A DNA stretch of 64,000 nucleotides, from positions 2,502 through 66,501 of IMG/VR virus record IMGVR_UViG_3300044712_002465; one strand, given 5' to 3'. This DNA comes from a virus. This document shows, one piece after another, positions 26,973-36,195 of the stretch (within the stretch, counting starts at the first letter, position 1; each line of letters starts with the position of its first letter). The notes beneath the pieces are model-generated. The model searched no databases. It was not told the DNA's origin and worked only from the letters and a program-made list of their open reading frames with translations. The translations under genes and the position numbers were made by a program.

Positions 26973-27968
26973 ATGGCCGAGCAGGATGCGCTCGCCCCCG
27001 TCCAGCCGCCCAGCGCCGTCGCCGCGCCGCTCGGGCTCGACGAGGACGGGGCGCGCCGGCTCCGGGACGCCTTCTTCTCCGGCCGCGGCGAGAACACCCG
27101 GCGCGCGTACGAGGCGGGGATCGCCGACTTCGCGGCGTTCCTCTCGCACCGGGCGGGCCGCCCGATCGATCCCGTGATGGCGCTGCGCGAACTCCTGGCC
27201 GCCGGCCCGGGCCCGGCGAACCTCCTCGGCCTCGAGTGGCGGACCGACCTCCTCGCCCGCCACCTCGCCCCCAGCACGGTCGCGCTCCGGCTCGCCGCGA
27301 TCCGCGCGGCCGTGAAGCTCGCGCGCACGCTCGGCATGGTCGCGTGGTCCCTCGAGATCCCCGGGGTGAAGGTCCACCGGTACCGCGACACCGCTGGGCC
27401 GGGGGTCGAGGGCGTGCGCGCCATCGCGGATGCAGCCCGCGCACGGGACGGCGCCGTTGGGGCGCGGGACCGCGCGCTCCTGGCGCTGCTCTTCCTGCGC
27501 GGGCTCCGCCGCGGCGAGACGGTGTCGCTCGACCTCGAGCACGTCGACCTGGAGCGCGGGCGCGTCAGCGTCCTCGGCAAGGGCCAGCTCGAGCGCGAGT
27601 GGTTCGACCTGGCGCCCGAGGCGGTCGAGGCGCTGCGGTCCTGGATCGCGATGCGCCCGGAGGTCCCGACGCGGGCGCTGCTCATCGGCTGGAGCGCCGT
27701 GACGCGCGCGCCGGGCGGGCGGCTCACCGGCCGCGGGGTCGCGAAGATCGTCGCGCGATACGGCCTCGAGGCGGCGGTCGGGCGCGTCCGGCCGCACGGT
27801 CTGCGGCACGCCGCGGCGACCGCGTTACTCGACCTCGGGCTCACCTGGCAGGAGGTCGCCGGGTTCACCCGCCACAAGGACCCCTCGACGCTCCGGCACT
27901 ACGACGACAACCGCGCGCGGCGAGGGACGAAAGCGGGGAGGAAGCTCGCGAAGCTCGTCCGGCTCTGA
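26973..27968 (+). CDS. Tyrosine recombinase (Xer/Cre-like resolvase type)
   Basis: NTRRAY; RDRALL..GLRRGE; GKG; HGLRH; RH...TLRHY. Confidence 0.93.
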   Translation: MAEQDALAPVQPPSAVAAPLGLDEDGARRLRDAFFSGRGENTRRAYEAGIADFAAFLSHRAGRPIDPVMALRELLAAGPGPANLLGLEWRTDLLARHLAPSTVALRLAAIRAAVKLARTLGMVAWSLEIPGVKVHRYRDTAGPGVEGVRAIADAARARDGAVGARDRALLALLFLRGLRRGETVSLDLEHVDLERGRVSVLGKGQLEREWFDLAPEAVEALRSWIAMRPEVPTRALLIGWSAVTRAPGGRLTGRGVAKIVARYGLEAAVGRVRPHGLRHAAATALLDLGLTWQEVAGFTRHKDPSTLRHYDDNRARRGTKAGRKLAKLVRL

Positions 27969-28036
27969 GCCCCGCCGGCGCACGGTTCCGCAAGTCCGCA
28001 TTACCGGCCCCGCTCGGAGGGGCCACGGAAGGCCCC

Positions 28037-28813
28037 ATGAACCCCACCGACTTCCCCCAGGCGAACCACACGTGGGCGAAGCCCGCCGACCTGACGGACG
28101 AGCAGTGCCGCGGGCTGCGGGCGTTCCGCGGACTCGACCCGGACGGCTTCCCGGTCTCGATCTCGAGGTGGGAGCCGACCCCCGAGGAGCGGGCGCGCCT
28201 CGCCGCGGGCGGGCCGGTGTGGCTCTGGATCTTCGGGCTGGGCCATCCGGTCGTGAGCCTCAGCGGCGAGGCGCCCTGGCCCGAGGAGGCGCGCACCGCC
28301 GCGCCGGCCGCCGCCGAGCTGCGGCGCGAGGAGCCTGCCCGCGCGGCCGCGCCGCCGCCCTCCGCGCCCTTCGAGGTCTTCGAGGCCGCGATCGCCGAGG
28401 CCAAGCGCACGGGCGGGCCCGTCGAGGTGGACCTGCTCGACGGTGCGACCGGGGATCGGTTCGTGCTGGTCGTCGAGCCCTGGCGCCCGCCGGACGCGAC
28501 GGCGCCGCTGAAGCCGTGGGCGGGGCCCGGGCCCGACCCGATCCTCGACCTGGGCGACGAGGGCGACGCGCCCGGGCCCGAGATCGAGATCGGCCCGCTG
28601 CCGCCGCACCTGAAGGGCTGCACGCCGGCCGGCTGCGCGCCGGGCTGCGCCTGGCGCGGCGAGGACTCCGCCGTGGTCATCGCGCGCGCCCGCGCGCCGC
28701 TCCCGCCCGGGCCCGCCGGCGGGGGCCTCTCCGCCGACCGCATCCGGGCCGACGGGGGAGCGCCCGAGGCGCGTGCCGCGGTGCGCCCCGAAGGCAACGG
28801 TCGGTTCGCGTGA
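28037..28813 (+). CDS. Phage hypothetical protein
   Basis: MNPTDFPQAN...ISRWEPTPEERARLAAGGPVWLWI...HP motif. Confidence 0.6.
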   Translation: MNPTDFPQANHTWAKPADLTDEQCRGLRAFRGLDPDGFPVSISRWEPTPEERARLAAGGPVWLWIFGLGHPVVSLSGEAPWPEEARTAAPAAAELRREEPARAAAPPPSAPFEVFEAAIAEAKRTGGPVEVDLLDGATGDRFVLVVEPWRPPDATAPLKPWAGPGPDPILDLGDEGDAPGPEIEIGPLPPHLKGCTPAGCAPGCAWRGEDSAVVIARARAPLPPGPAGGGLSADRIRADGGAPEARAAVRPEGNGRFA

Positions 28814-29143
28814 TGCTCGCGCCCGTCGTCGCGCGCGAGCTGGGCCGGATCCACCATCGCTGTGGGGTGGTGGTCATCGTCGTGACCGATTCCGCCACCG
28901 GAAGCGCCTGGAGCGCGCCGCTGGTGCCTCTCGTCGACCAGTTCCTCGAGGAGGTGCGCGCGGCTCCCCTCCGGCGTTTCGCGCCGCCGCCCCCCACCGT
29001 CTGGCGCGCGGAGCCTCCGCGGGTGCGCTGGGGGCGGGGCCGGCCCCGTCGGCGCCTCCTCGCGCGCGGCGGGCGCCCGGCGCGTCACTCCTCGTGGTAC
29101 GGCGGGCGACTCCGGCGGCGGAGCGGATACGCCCCATCCGGCA

Positions 29144-29187
29144 CCTACGTTTAACGGTTGACGAGGCCCGACCGTAAACGGTAGGAT
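29144..29187 (+). promoter_or_regulatory. Sigma70-type promoter with overlapping inverted repeat (TA operator)
   Basis: TTGACG(29158)-N18-TAGGAT(29182); imperfect IR CCTACGTTTAACGGT / ACCGTAAACGGTAGG. Confidence 0.7.
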
Positions 29188-29194
29188 GATTTTC

Positions 29195-29569
29195 ATGACG
29201 ATGACGCCCATGCCGACGACGGTGCTGTGGATGGAGACCTTCCGCGAGTGGTACGCGGCGCTCACCCCCGAGCAGGCGGAAGCGGTCGACTTCTCCACCG
29301 GGCTACTCGCGCAGTACGGCCCGCACCTGGAGATGCCGCACGCGAAGAAGGTCACCGACGCGAAGGAGGCCATCATCGAGCTGCGCCCCTCCACGCGGGC
29401 GTTCGCGATCAGGGTGTTCTACGCGTTCAACCCGCGGCGCGAGGCGGTGCTCATCATCGGCAGCGCCAAGAAGGGCGTCGCGGACGAGGGTCCCTGGACC
29501 GCGAAGATGGCGAAGCAGGCGGGGAAGCTCTGGGACGCCTACCTCCGGGCGAACGGGTGGCGGAGGTAG
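29195..29569 (+). CDS. RelE/HigB (Gp49-like) toxin
   Basis: FREWYAAL...GPHLEMPHAKKV...IIELR...IRVFYAFNPRREAVLIIG..K. Confidence 0.88.
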   Translation: MTMTPMPTTVLWMETFREWYAALTPEQAEAVDFSTGLLAQYGPHLEMPHAKKVTDAKEAIIELRPSTRAFAIRVFYAFNPRREAVLIIGSAKKGVADEGPWTAKMAKQAGKLWDAYLRANGWRR

Positions 29570-29636
29570 GGCTCGGCCCGGGGCGCTGGACCAGCGCCCC
29601 CGGGCCGGTTACCGTATGACGTAGGAGGCCAGGATC

Positions 29637-30131
29637 ATGGAGACGGGACGGTTCGAGGACATCCGCCGCAGCTCGCCGGAGCAGGTGAAGGAGCACGCCC
29701 GCTGGGCGCCCTACGCGGTGAACGGGGCGACGCTCGCCGAGCTGCGCCAGCTCGTGGGCAAGACGCAGGAGGAGATGGGTCAGGCGATGGGCGTCAGCGG
29801 CGTGGAGGTCGGTCGCTTCGAGAAGCGGAACGACGTCCAGCTCTCGACGCTCAACCGCTACATCGCGGCGCTCGGGGGCGAGCTCGACGTCTTCGCCCGG
29901 TTCGGCGAGAAGCTCGTGCCCCTGAAGGTCGGGCCCACCGCGGACGTCATCGTCAGCAAGAGCGCGAACCTGTACACGCTGGAGCAGAGTGGAGCCTTCA
30001 ACGAGGCGAAGGTCGGCGGCCGGGGCGGCGCCGTGCACGCGCGCAGCTCGAGCGAGTCGGGGCGCGTCACGGCGAAGAAGGCCGGAGGGGCGGCCCAGCC
30101 GAAGCGGCGCGCGGCGAAGCGGGCGAGGTGA
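29637..30131 (+). CDS. HigA-like XRE antitoxin with basic C-terminal tail
   Basis: LAELRQLVGKTQEEMGQAMGVS...DVQLSTLNRYIAALGGELDVFARF. Confidence 0.88.
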   Translation: METGRFEDIRRSSPEQVKEHARWAPYAVNGATLAELRQLVGKTQEEMGQAMGVSGVEVGRFEKRNDVQLSTLNRYIAALGGELDVFARFGEKLVPLKVGPTADVIVSKSANLYTLEQSGAFNEAKVGGRGGAVHARSSSESGRVTAKKAGGAAQPKRRAAKRAR

Positions 30132-30133
30132 CC

Positions 30134-30508
30134 ATGGCCGCCGAGGGCACGCCGATCGCCCCGAAGACCATCGCCATCTGGAAGGCGATGGTGGACCAGG
30201 TCGTGCAGCTCGGTGACCTGGCGGATCGGGCGGCCGACGTCCTGCCGCCTGACGAGGCTCAGCGGACGCGCGAGCTTCTCTCCGACGTGCTCGTGACCCT
30301 CGCCACGCAGGCGGTGCCCCAGCTCCTCGCCGAGCGGGAGGAAATGCTCGAGATGCTGCGGGAGGTCGAGTGGAGTAAGCCGGTCGGGGTCGACGGATGC
30401 ATCGACGCATGCCCGGCATGCCTGGGCCAGAAGCCGTGGCGCAACGAGCGCGGCGACACCGGCGGAGGCCACGCCCCCGACTGCCGCCTCGCCGCGTTCC
30501 TCCGGTGA
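30134..30508 (+). CDS. Hypothetical protein with CPxC...GHxxDC zinc motif
   Basis: MLREVEW...CPAC...GHAPDCRLAAFL. Confidence 0.6.
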   Translation: MAAEGTPIAPKTIAIWKAMVDQVVQLGDLADRAADVLPPDEAQRTRELLSDVLVTLATQAVPQLLAEREEMLEMLREVEWSKPVGVDGCIDACPACLGQKPWRNERGDTGGGHAPDCRLAAFLR

Positions 30509-30753
30509 GCCCCGCGCCCGTCGGCGCCGTCGTCCGGCTCTACTACGACCCCGCCGCGGGAGGTTCGGCCGTCGTCGCCGGCGACGACCTGGTAACCACC
30601 ACTGGCCGCACCTACCACGTTCTCTCCGCCCGCCTGCAGCGCCGCGGTCGCGCCGGCCGCGTTCGCCTGGTCTGCGTCGTTCAGCGCGCGCCGCTCGGGC
30701 CCGGGCGCATGCACCCGCTCCGCTGGTACCGGCGGGACCGCCGCCACCCGTGA
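30505..30753 (+). CDS. Small hypothetical protein
   Basis: GTGA overlaps on both sides. Confidence 0.45.
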   Translation: MSPAPVGAVVRLYYDPAAGGSAVVAGDDLVTTTGRTYHVLSARLQRRGRAGRVRLVCVVQRAPLGPGRMHPLRWYRRDRRHP

Positions 30754-31070
30754 GCGCCTACGTCGACGGCCTTTTCCGCCTCGAGGCGCGCGACCCCGCA
30801 GCGCGCCGGGTCGGCGCTCGCAACGGCCACCGCTGGGCGCACCTGTACGCGGACACCGAGGGCGAGCTGCACGCGTTCGCCGCGCGGATCGGGATGCGGC
30901 GCGCGTGGGCGCAGGTCTCGCGCCGCGGGACGCCGCACTACGACCTGACGCCCGGGCGCCGCGCCCGCGCGGTCGCCGCCGGCGCCGTCGAGCTGGACCG
31001 CCGCGCGGCGGCGGCTCTGCGGACGCGGCTGCGCGGCTGCGCGCCGGTTCCTGCGGACCTGGACAGGTAG
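30750..31070 (+). CDS. DUF4031 domain protein
   Basis: YVD...WAHLYADTEGELHAFAARIGMRRAW...HYDLT...RARAVAAGAVE. Confidence 0.88.
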   Translation: MSAYVDGLFRLEARDPAARRVGARNGHRWAHLYADTEGELHAFAARIGMRRAWAQVSRRGTPHYDLTPGRRARAVAAGAVELDRRAAAALRTRLRGCAPVPADLDR

Positions 31071-31118
31071 TGCAGACGCAACTAAGCTCGCCGCCATCAC
31101 CCATCGTGAGAGTCGGAG

Positions 31119-31439
31119 GTGGCCGTGCGGCCCGCGGACGAACCGCTGCTGAAGTGGCTCGCTGACCTGCAGGATGCGGCCGAGGAGCGCGCGAAGGCGT
31201 GGGGGCATGACGTTCCTCCCACAGGGACTCCAGCTCCCGGCGAGGACGCCGTGCGCGCCGTCATCCGCGACGCGTTCCTCCGCATCGGCCGCAACTCCGA
31301 GCTGATCCGGGCCACGATGCACACGAACCCCCTGGTGGCTCCGCGCCCGCGCGACGGTGCCTCCTGCACCTGCCAGAGCGGCAGGCAGAACCCGGGCCCG
31401 AACCACGCGAAGGACTGCCCGCTGCACAGGGATGGATGA
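31119..31439 (+). CDS. Hypothetical protein with C-terminal CxC...HxxDC
   Basis: 106 aa; CTC...NHAKDCPLH. Confidence 0.5.
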   Translation: MAVRPADEPLLKWLADLQDAAEERAKAWGHDVPPTGTPAPGEDAVRAVIRDAFLRIGRNSELIRATMHTNPLVAPRPRDGASCTCQSGRQNPGPNHAKDCPLHRDG

Positions 31440-31656
31440 ACCCAACCTGGCGGGATCACACGAACTGGGGGAGAATGTAGCCCACGCCGCGCGCTGAACG
31501 GGGTGAGCGCCGCTGGCCTGATGGGAAGCCGCTGATGCAGTCGCCCGCGCGCGCCCGCCGCCGCCGACCCCGCCCGCCCCGTCGCCCCCGCTGGCACCTT
31601 CCCCGCGCTGCCGCCCAGGCCGCTCCGCCTCCACCGCCGCCGAGCTCCGTCACCAC

Positions 31657-32166
31657 GTGACCGGCGACCCGCGCGCGTTCCGGCCCCACTGGCAGCTCAC
31701 CACGGCGCCGGCGTCGCTCGGCACGGCGTTCACCTGCGTGCGCATGCGCTGCACCGGGGTCCGGGCCTGGCAGTGCATCCAGCGCCAGCGCCTCGCCGAG
31801 GCGCAGACGACGCGGGACACCGAGCGCGGCCAGGCGCCCGACAACCCCGAGTGCCTCGCGTGCCCCCAGGGTCAGGACATCCGCGACCGGCTCGACCCGG
31901 AACACCACGAGTTCGAGGGCGGCGTGGGGCCTCACGGTCTCCGCCCTCGCCCGCGCACGCTGCGAGACGACGCCCCGCCGGCTCCTGCACCTGCCGAAGG
32001 ACTCCCGCAGCCGACCGCCCCCGCGCTGGACACGCCCGCGCCGGCCGTGCCAACGGCGCCGAGAGAGCCCCGGAGGCGCAGGAAACCCGCGACACCCCTG
32101 GCACCCGAGGCTCAGCGGCGCAAGAGGCGTCGCCGGAAGGCGCGAGTTTCTGGACGCGGTCGCTGA
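31657..32166 (+). CDS. Cys-rich protein upstream of terminase (candidate late regulator)
   Basis: CVRMRC...QCIQRQ...CLACPQG; basic C-terminus. Confidence 0.45.
   Translation: MTGDPRAFRPHWQLTTAPASLGTAFTCVRMRCTGVRAWQCIQRQRLAEAQTTRDTERGQAPDNPECLACPQGQDIRDRLDPEHHEFEGGVGPHGLRPRPRTLRDDAPPAPAPAEGLPQPTAPALDTPAPAVPTAPREPRRRRKPATPLAPEAQRRKRRRRKARVSGRGR
32027..32056 (+). promoter_or_regulatory. Putative late promoter 1 (terminase operon)
   Basis: TGGACA-N12-CCGTGCCAACGG. Confidence 0.65.
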
Positions 32167-32730
32167 GTGGAACGACCTCCGATGGACCCGACGAAGGAGA
32201 CGGCGAGCGCAGAGGAGGCGGCTGCCGGCGCAGCGCCGGAGCCCGTGGGCGCTCCGCCGGCGACGAAGCGCGGGAGAGGCGGGCGGCCTCCGAAGTTCGA
32301 CCCGGCCATCGGCAGGAGGCTCGTCGCGTCGCTGAGGAAGGGGAACTACATCGAGGCCGCCGCCGCGTCCATCGGGGTCTCGAAGCAGACCGTCTACGAG
32401 TGGCTCCGCGCCGGCGCGCGCGCGAAGAGCGGCGCGCTGCACGACTTCGCGGCCGCGGCGGAGAAGGCCCAGGGCGAGGCGGAGGTCGCGGACCTCGGCC
32501 GGATGGGGAGGCTCGCGGGGAAGGGGAACTTCAAGGCCATCGCGTGGCGCCTCGAGCACCGCAACCCGCGCCGCTACGGGCGCCAGGTCCAGCTCATCGT
32601 CACGAAGGCGATCGACGACTACCTCGCGTTCCTGAAGGCGAACCTCCCCGCGGACGTCTTCGATCACGTGATCGCGGTGACGATGACCTGGGACCCGGAC
32701 GCCACGGCGGCCGCGCCGAGGGAGCCGTAG
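32167..32730 (+). CDS. Terminase small subunit (HTH type)
   Basis: GRPPKFD...GNYIEAAAASIGVSKQTVYEWL...AIAWRLEHRNPRRYG; directly upstream of TerL. Confidence 0.8.
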   Translation: MERPPMDPTKETASAEEAAAGAAPEPVGAPPATKRGRGGRPPKFDPAIGRRLVASLRKGNYIEAAAASIGVSKQTVYEWLRAGARAKSGALHDFAAAAEKAQGEAEVADLGRMGRLAGKGNFKAIAWRLEHRNPRRYGRQVQLIVTKAIDDYLAFLKANLPADVFDHVIAVTMTWDPDATAAAPREP

Positions 32731-32733
32731 CCC

Positions 32734-34500
32734 ATGCCGGTCTCGTCGGTCCTCTTCCGCGATGCGGCGCGGCGTCATCACGTCGCCCGCCCTCCGGCGC
32801 TCGCCGCGGTCCCGGTGCCCGACGAGCTCGCGGCCGACCACCTCCGAGACTTCGCCCGGGCGGCGTGGCCGTACCTCGAGCCGACGACCCCGCTCCGCTG
32901 GGGCTGGGCGCTCGACGCGATCTGCGAGCACCTCGAGGCGGTCAGCCGCGGCTGGATCCGCGACCTCATCATCAACGTCCCGCCGGGCATGGCGAAGAGC
33001 CTCACGGCGACGGTCTTCTGGCCCGCGTGGGAATGGATCGACCACCCGGAGCGCCGGTGGGTGTTCGCCGCGCACTCGATGGGCCTGGCGCTGCGCGACG
33101 CGGTGAAGTGCCGGACCCTCATCGAGTCGACCTGGTACCAGAGCCACTTCACGCGCGGTGCCTGGCTCCTCTCCGACGACCAGAACGCGAAGAGCTACTA
33201 CGCGAACACGAAGACGGGCTTCCGGATGTGCACGTCTCCTGACGCTCGCACCACCGGTCACCGCGGTGACCGGATCGTCATCGACGACCCGATCGACGCG
33301 AGGATCGCCGTCTACTCGAAGGCGGAGCGCGACGCGGTTCTGGCGTGGTGGGACAACACGATGTCGAACCGGCTCAACGACCAGGAGACCGGCGCGCGCG
33401 TGATCATCATGCAGCGGCTCCACGAGGACGACCTCTCGGGGCACCTCATCCGGAAGGGCGGCTGGACGCACCTGCGCCTGCCGATGGAGTTCGAGCCGGC
33501 CACCAGGTGCGTGACGTACGTCCGGAAGCCCGATCCGCCCTCGCCGGCGCCGGCGAAGAGCACCTCGGAGGTCGTCCTCGAGGGCGTCGCTCAGGTCCTC
33601 GCCGGCGAGGAGCCCGCCGCTGCGCCCCCTGCACCTGCCCTGGGGCCGCCCGAGACGTTCTGGCAGGACCCGCGCACCGCGCCCGGCGAGCTGCTCTTCC
33701 CCGAGCGCTTCCCGCGCCACCGCGTCGAGGAGGAGAAGAAGGGCGGCTCCGCGCGCTACGCCGGCCAGTACCAGCAGCGGCCCATGCCCGCCGAGGGCGG
33801 TCTCTTCAAGCGGAGCTGGTGGCGGTACTGGCGGTTCGCCCACGAGGACCCGATCCCCGCCCTCGAGGACCGCACGGTCGTGCTCCCGGATCACTTCGAC
33901 GACGTGACCGGCTCGTGGGACTGCGCGTTCAAGAAGACGTCGGACAGCGACAAGGTCGCCGGCGGGACGTGGGGTCGTCTCGGAGCGAGCAAGTTCCTCC
34001 TCGAGCTGTTCTGGGAGCGCGCCAGCTTCACGGACACCGTGCGCGAGGTGCGCGCCCAGGCGGACCGCCGGCCCGAGTACCTCGAGATCCTCATCGAGGA
34101 CAAGGCGAACGGGCCGGCCGTGATCAACGTGCTTTACCAGGAGGTCTCCCGCCTCATCGCCGTCGATCCCGAGGGCGGCAAGGAGGCGCGCGCCGCGGCG
34201 ACCTCGCCCGAGGTCGAGGCGGGGAACGTCTACCTGCCGCTCCACGCGCCGTGGCGGGACGCCTACGTCGAGGAGCACGCGGCGTTCCCGCGCGGCTCGA
34301 AGGACGACGCGGTCGACCAGCAGAGCCAGTTCCTGATCCGCGTGAAGACCCGCGCCAAGCCCGCCGGGCACGACGAGATGCCGGATCAGGACTACCCCCA
34401 GTCGCGCGTCGCCGCCTTCACCGCGTCGACGGCCCACGACGAAGAAGACGATGACCTGGACGACGAGCTCGGCGACTCCGCCGGCGGCCGGAGGATCTAG
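32734..34500 (+). CDS. Terminase large subunit
   Basis: IINVPPGMAKS, TGHRGDRIVIDDP, IMQRLHEDDL, GQYQQRP, SWDCAFK, IEDKANG, FPRGSKDDAVD. Confidence 0.95.
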   Translation: MPVSSVLFRDAARRHHVARPPALAAVPVPDELAADHLRDFARAAWPYLEPTTPLRWGWALDAICEHLEAVSRGWIRDLIINVPPGMAKSLTATVFWPAWEWIDHPERRWVFAAHSMGLALRDAVKCRTLIESTWYQSHFTRGAWLLSDDQNAKSYYANTKTGFRMCTSPDARTTGHRGDRIVIDDPIDARIAVYSKAERDAVLAWWDNTMSNRLNDQETGARVIIMQRLHEDDLSGHLIRKGGWTHLRLPMEFEPATRCVTYVRKPDPPSPAPAKSTSEVVLEGVAQVLAGEEPAAAPPAPALGPPETFWQDPRTAPGELLFPERFPRHRVEEEKKGGSARYAGQYQQRPMPAEGGLFKRSWWRYWRFAHEDPIPALEDRTVVLPDHFDDVTGSWDCAFKKTSDSDKVAGGTWGRLGASKFLLELFWERASFTDTVREVRAQADRRPEYLEILIEDKANGPAVINVLYQEVSRLIAVDPEGGKEARAAATSPEVEAGNVYLPLHAPWRDAYVEEHAAFPRGSKDDAVDQQSQFLIRVKTRAKPAGHDEMPDQDYPQSRVAAFTASTAHDEEDDDLDDELGDSAGGRRI

Positions 34501-36192
34501 ATGGCACCCACGCGCAAGAATAAGACCACCACCTCCGCTCCCGCCGTGAAGACGAAGCCCAAGGGCGAGGGCCTTCCCCAGGTGCTGGTCTCGGAGATCC
34601 CGCCCGTCTCGGTCTCCGACCACCTGAACCTCGGAGCGGTGAAGACCGCCCTGAGCCAGCTCGAGGACGGGAAGTTTCAGGCGGCCGCCGACCTCGTCGA
34701 GGCGATGTGGCGGGACGACCGGATCCCCGGCGTCGTCGAGACGCGCGTCGAGGCCCTGCACGGCCTGGAGCTCCGCTTCGATCCCCCGGAGGGCGAGGAG
34801 AAGAACGCGCAGGCGATCGAGATCGGCGAGCTCGCCGAGAGGTCGTGGCCGACCTGGCTGCCGGAGGAGGTCGCGTCGGATCTCCGCCGCTGGGGCCTGA
34901 TGCTCAACCTCGGCATCGGGCGCGTCCGGTGGGACACGAGCGGGGAGACCTGGGAGCCCCGCGTCGAGGTCTTCCACCCGCGGAACGCGAGGTGGTCGTC
35001 GCTCGAAGGCGGGTACCGGATCGCCACCCAGGAGGGCGAGTGGCTGATCCAGCGCGACGAGCGCGGCATCGTCGCGAAGGCGCCGGACGGGACGGAGGAG
35101 CGGAACGGGTGGATGGTCTACACGCCGTTCGGGTGGAAGCGCGGCTGGATGCGCGCGCTCGTGCGCTCGCTCTCGATCCTGTGGCTCTTCCGCCAGTGGG
35201 CGCTGCGCGACTGGTCCTCCCACTCGGAGGCGCACGGGACCCCGTCGAAGAAGGCCTTCGTACCGAACGGAACGAAGGTCCCCGACAAGCGGAAGTTCCT
35301 CCGGGACGTGGCGCTCCTCGTGCGGCGCTCCGCGATCCTCCTCGAGCGCGGCACCGAGAACGGGCAGGAGAAGAAGCCCGGGTTCGACGTGGAGCTCCTC
35401 GAGGCCGCGGCCGACTCCCACCAGGTGTTCGAGAAGCTGAAGGCCGCGTGCGACACGGACATCGCGATCCGCGTGAAGGGGCAGAACCTCACGACGGAGG
35501 TGAAGGGCGGCGCGTACGCGGCCACCCAGTCCCACCGCGAGATCGACGGTGAGAAACTGCGCTTCGACGCCGCCACGCTGGGGACGTGCGCGCACGATCA
35601 ACTCGTCGCGCCCTGGACCGAGTTCAACTTCGCCGCGCGCGAGCTCGCGCCGTGGCCGAAGTGGGACACCGAGCCGACCGAGGACCTCAAGGTCGCGGCC
35701 GAGGCCCTCGACAAACTCGGCGACGCCACCCAGAAGCTCTGGAATTCGGGGTACCCCCTGGACCTCGGGAAGATGGCCGAGCGCTTCGACGTCCCGGTGC
35801 AGGAAGGCGCCGAGATGCCCACCGAGCCTCCCGCGCCCAAGGTCGTCGCGGTGCCCGCGCCTGGCTCTCCGCCGCCTCGGGGCGGGGGCGCCGCCGCGCG
35901 CGCCCTCGCCGGCATGGTCGCGGTCGCCGGCCTCCCCATCGGCGCCATCGAGGGCCAGACCTACGCCGACGACCTGGTCGAGGAGCACGGCGCGGCCGGC
36001 GTCGCCGCCCTCAAGCCCGACGTCGATCAGCTCCTCGGCATCGTGAAGGCCTCCGCGAGCTGGGAGGACCTCCGCGCCCGCCTCGTCGAGGCCTACGGCG
36101 ACATGAAGCCCGAGAAGCTGCAGGGGGTCGTGCGCGACGCCCTCATCCTCGCCGAGCTGAACGGCCGGCTCTCCGCGTCCGAGGACGAGTAG
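34501..36192 (+). CDS. Portal protein (DUF935/Mu gp29-like)
   Basis: RDWSSHSEAHGTP...GQNLTTE...GAYAATQSHREI; follows TerL. Confidence 0.85.
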   Translation: MAPTRKNKTTTSAPAVKTKPKGEGLPQVLVSEIPPVSVSDHLNLGAVKTALSQLEDGKFQAAADLVEAMWRDDRIPGVVETRVEALHGLELRFDPPEGEEKNAQAIEIGELAERSWPTWLPEEVASDLRRWGLMLNLGIGRVRWDTSGETWEPRVEVFHPRNARWSSLEGGYRIATQEGEWLIQRDERGIVAKAPDGTEERNGWMVYTPFGWKRGWMRALVRSLSILWLFRQWALRDWSSHSEAHGTPSKKAFVPNGTKVPDKRKFLRDVALLVRRSAILLERGTENGQEKKPGFDVELLEAAADSHQVFEKLKAACDTDIAIRVKGQNLTTEVKGGAYAATQSHREIDGEKLRFDAATLGTCAHDQLVAPWTEFNFAARELAPWPKWDTEPTEDLKVAAEALDKLGDATQKLWNSGYPLDLGKMAERFDVPVQEGAEMPTEPPAPKVVAVPAPGSPPPRGGGAAARALAGMVAVAGLPIGAIEGQTYADDLVEEHGAAGVAALKPDVDQLLGIVKASASWEDLRARLVEAYGDMKPEKLQGVVRDALILAELNGRLSASEDE

Positions 36193-36195
36193 CCG

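Noticed and set aside
26743-27177. ORF between RuvC and the recombinase
   Set aside because: Plausible ATGA-coupled start, but it overlaps the recombinase by ~200 nt and has no motif; not supportable
28813-29154. Arg-rich ORF before the TA promoter
   Set aside because: TGATG coupling is suggestive but composition resembles a shadow frame; insufficient support
33526-33654. Inteins in terminase or DnaB insertions
   Set aside because: Insertions are short, Pro/Ala-rich and lack Cys/Ser start and His-Asn end motifs
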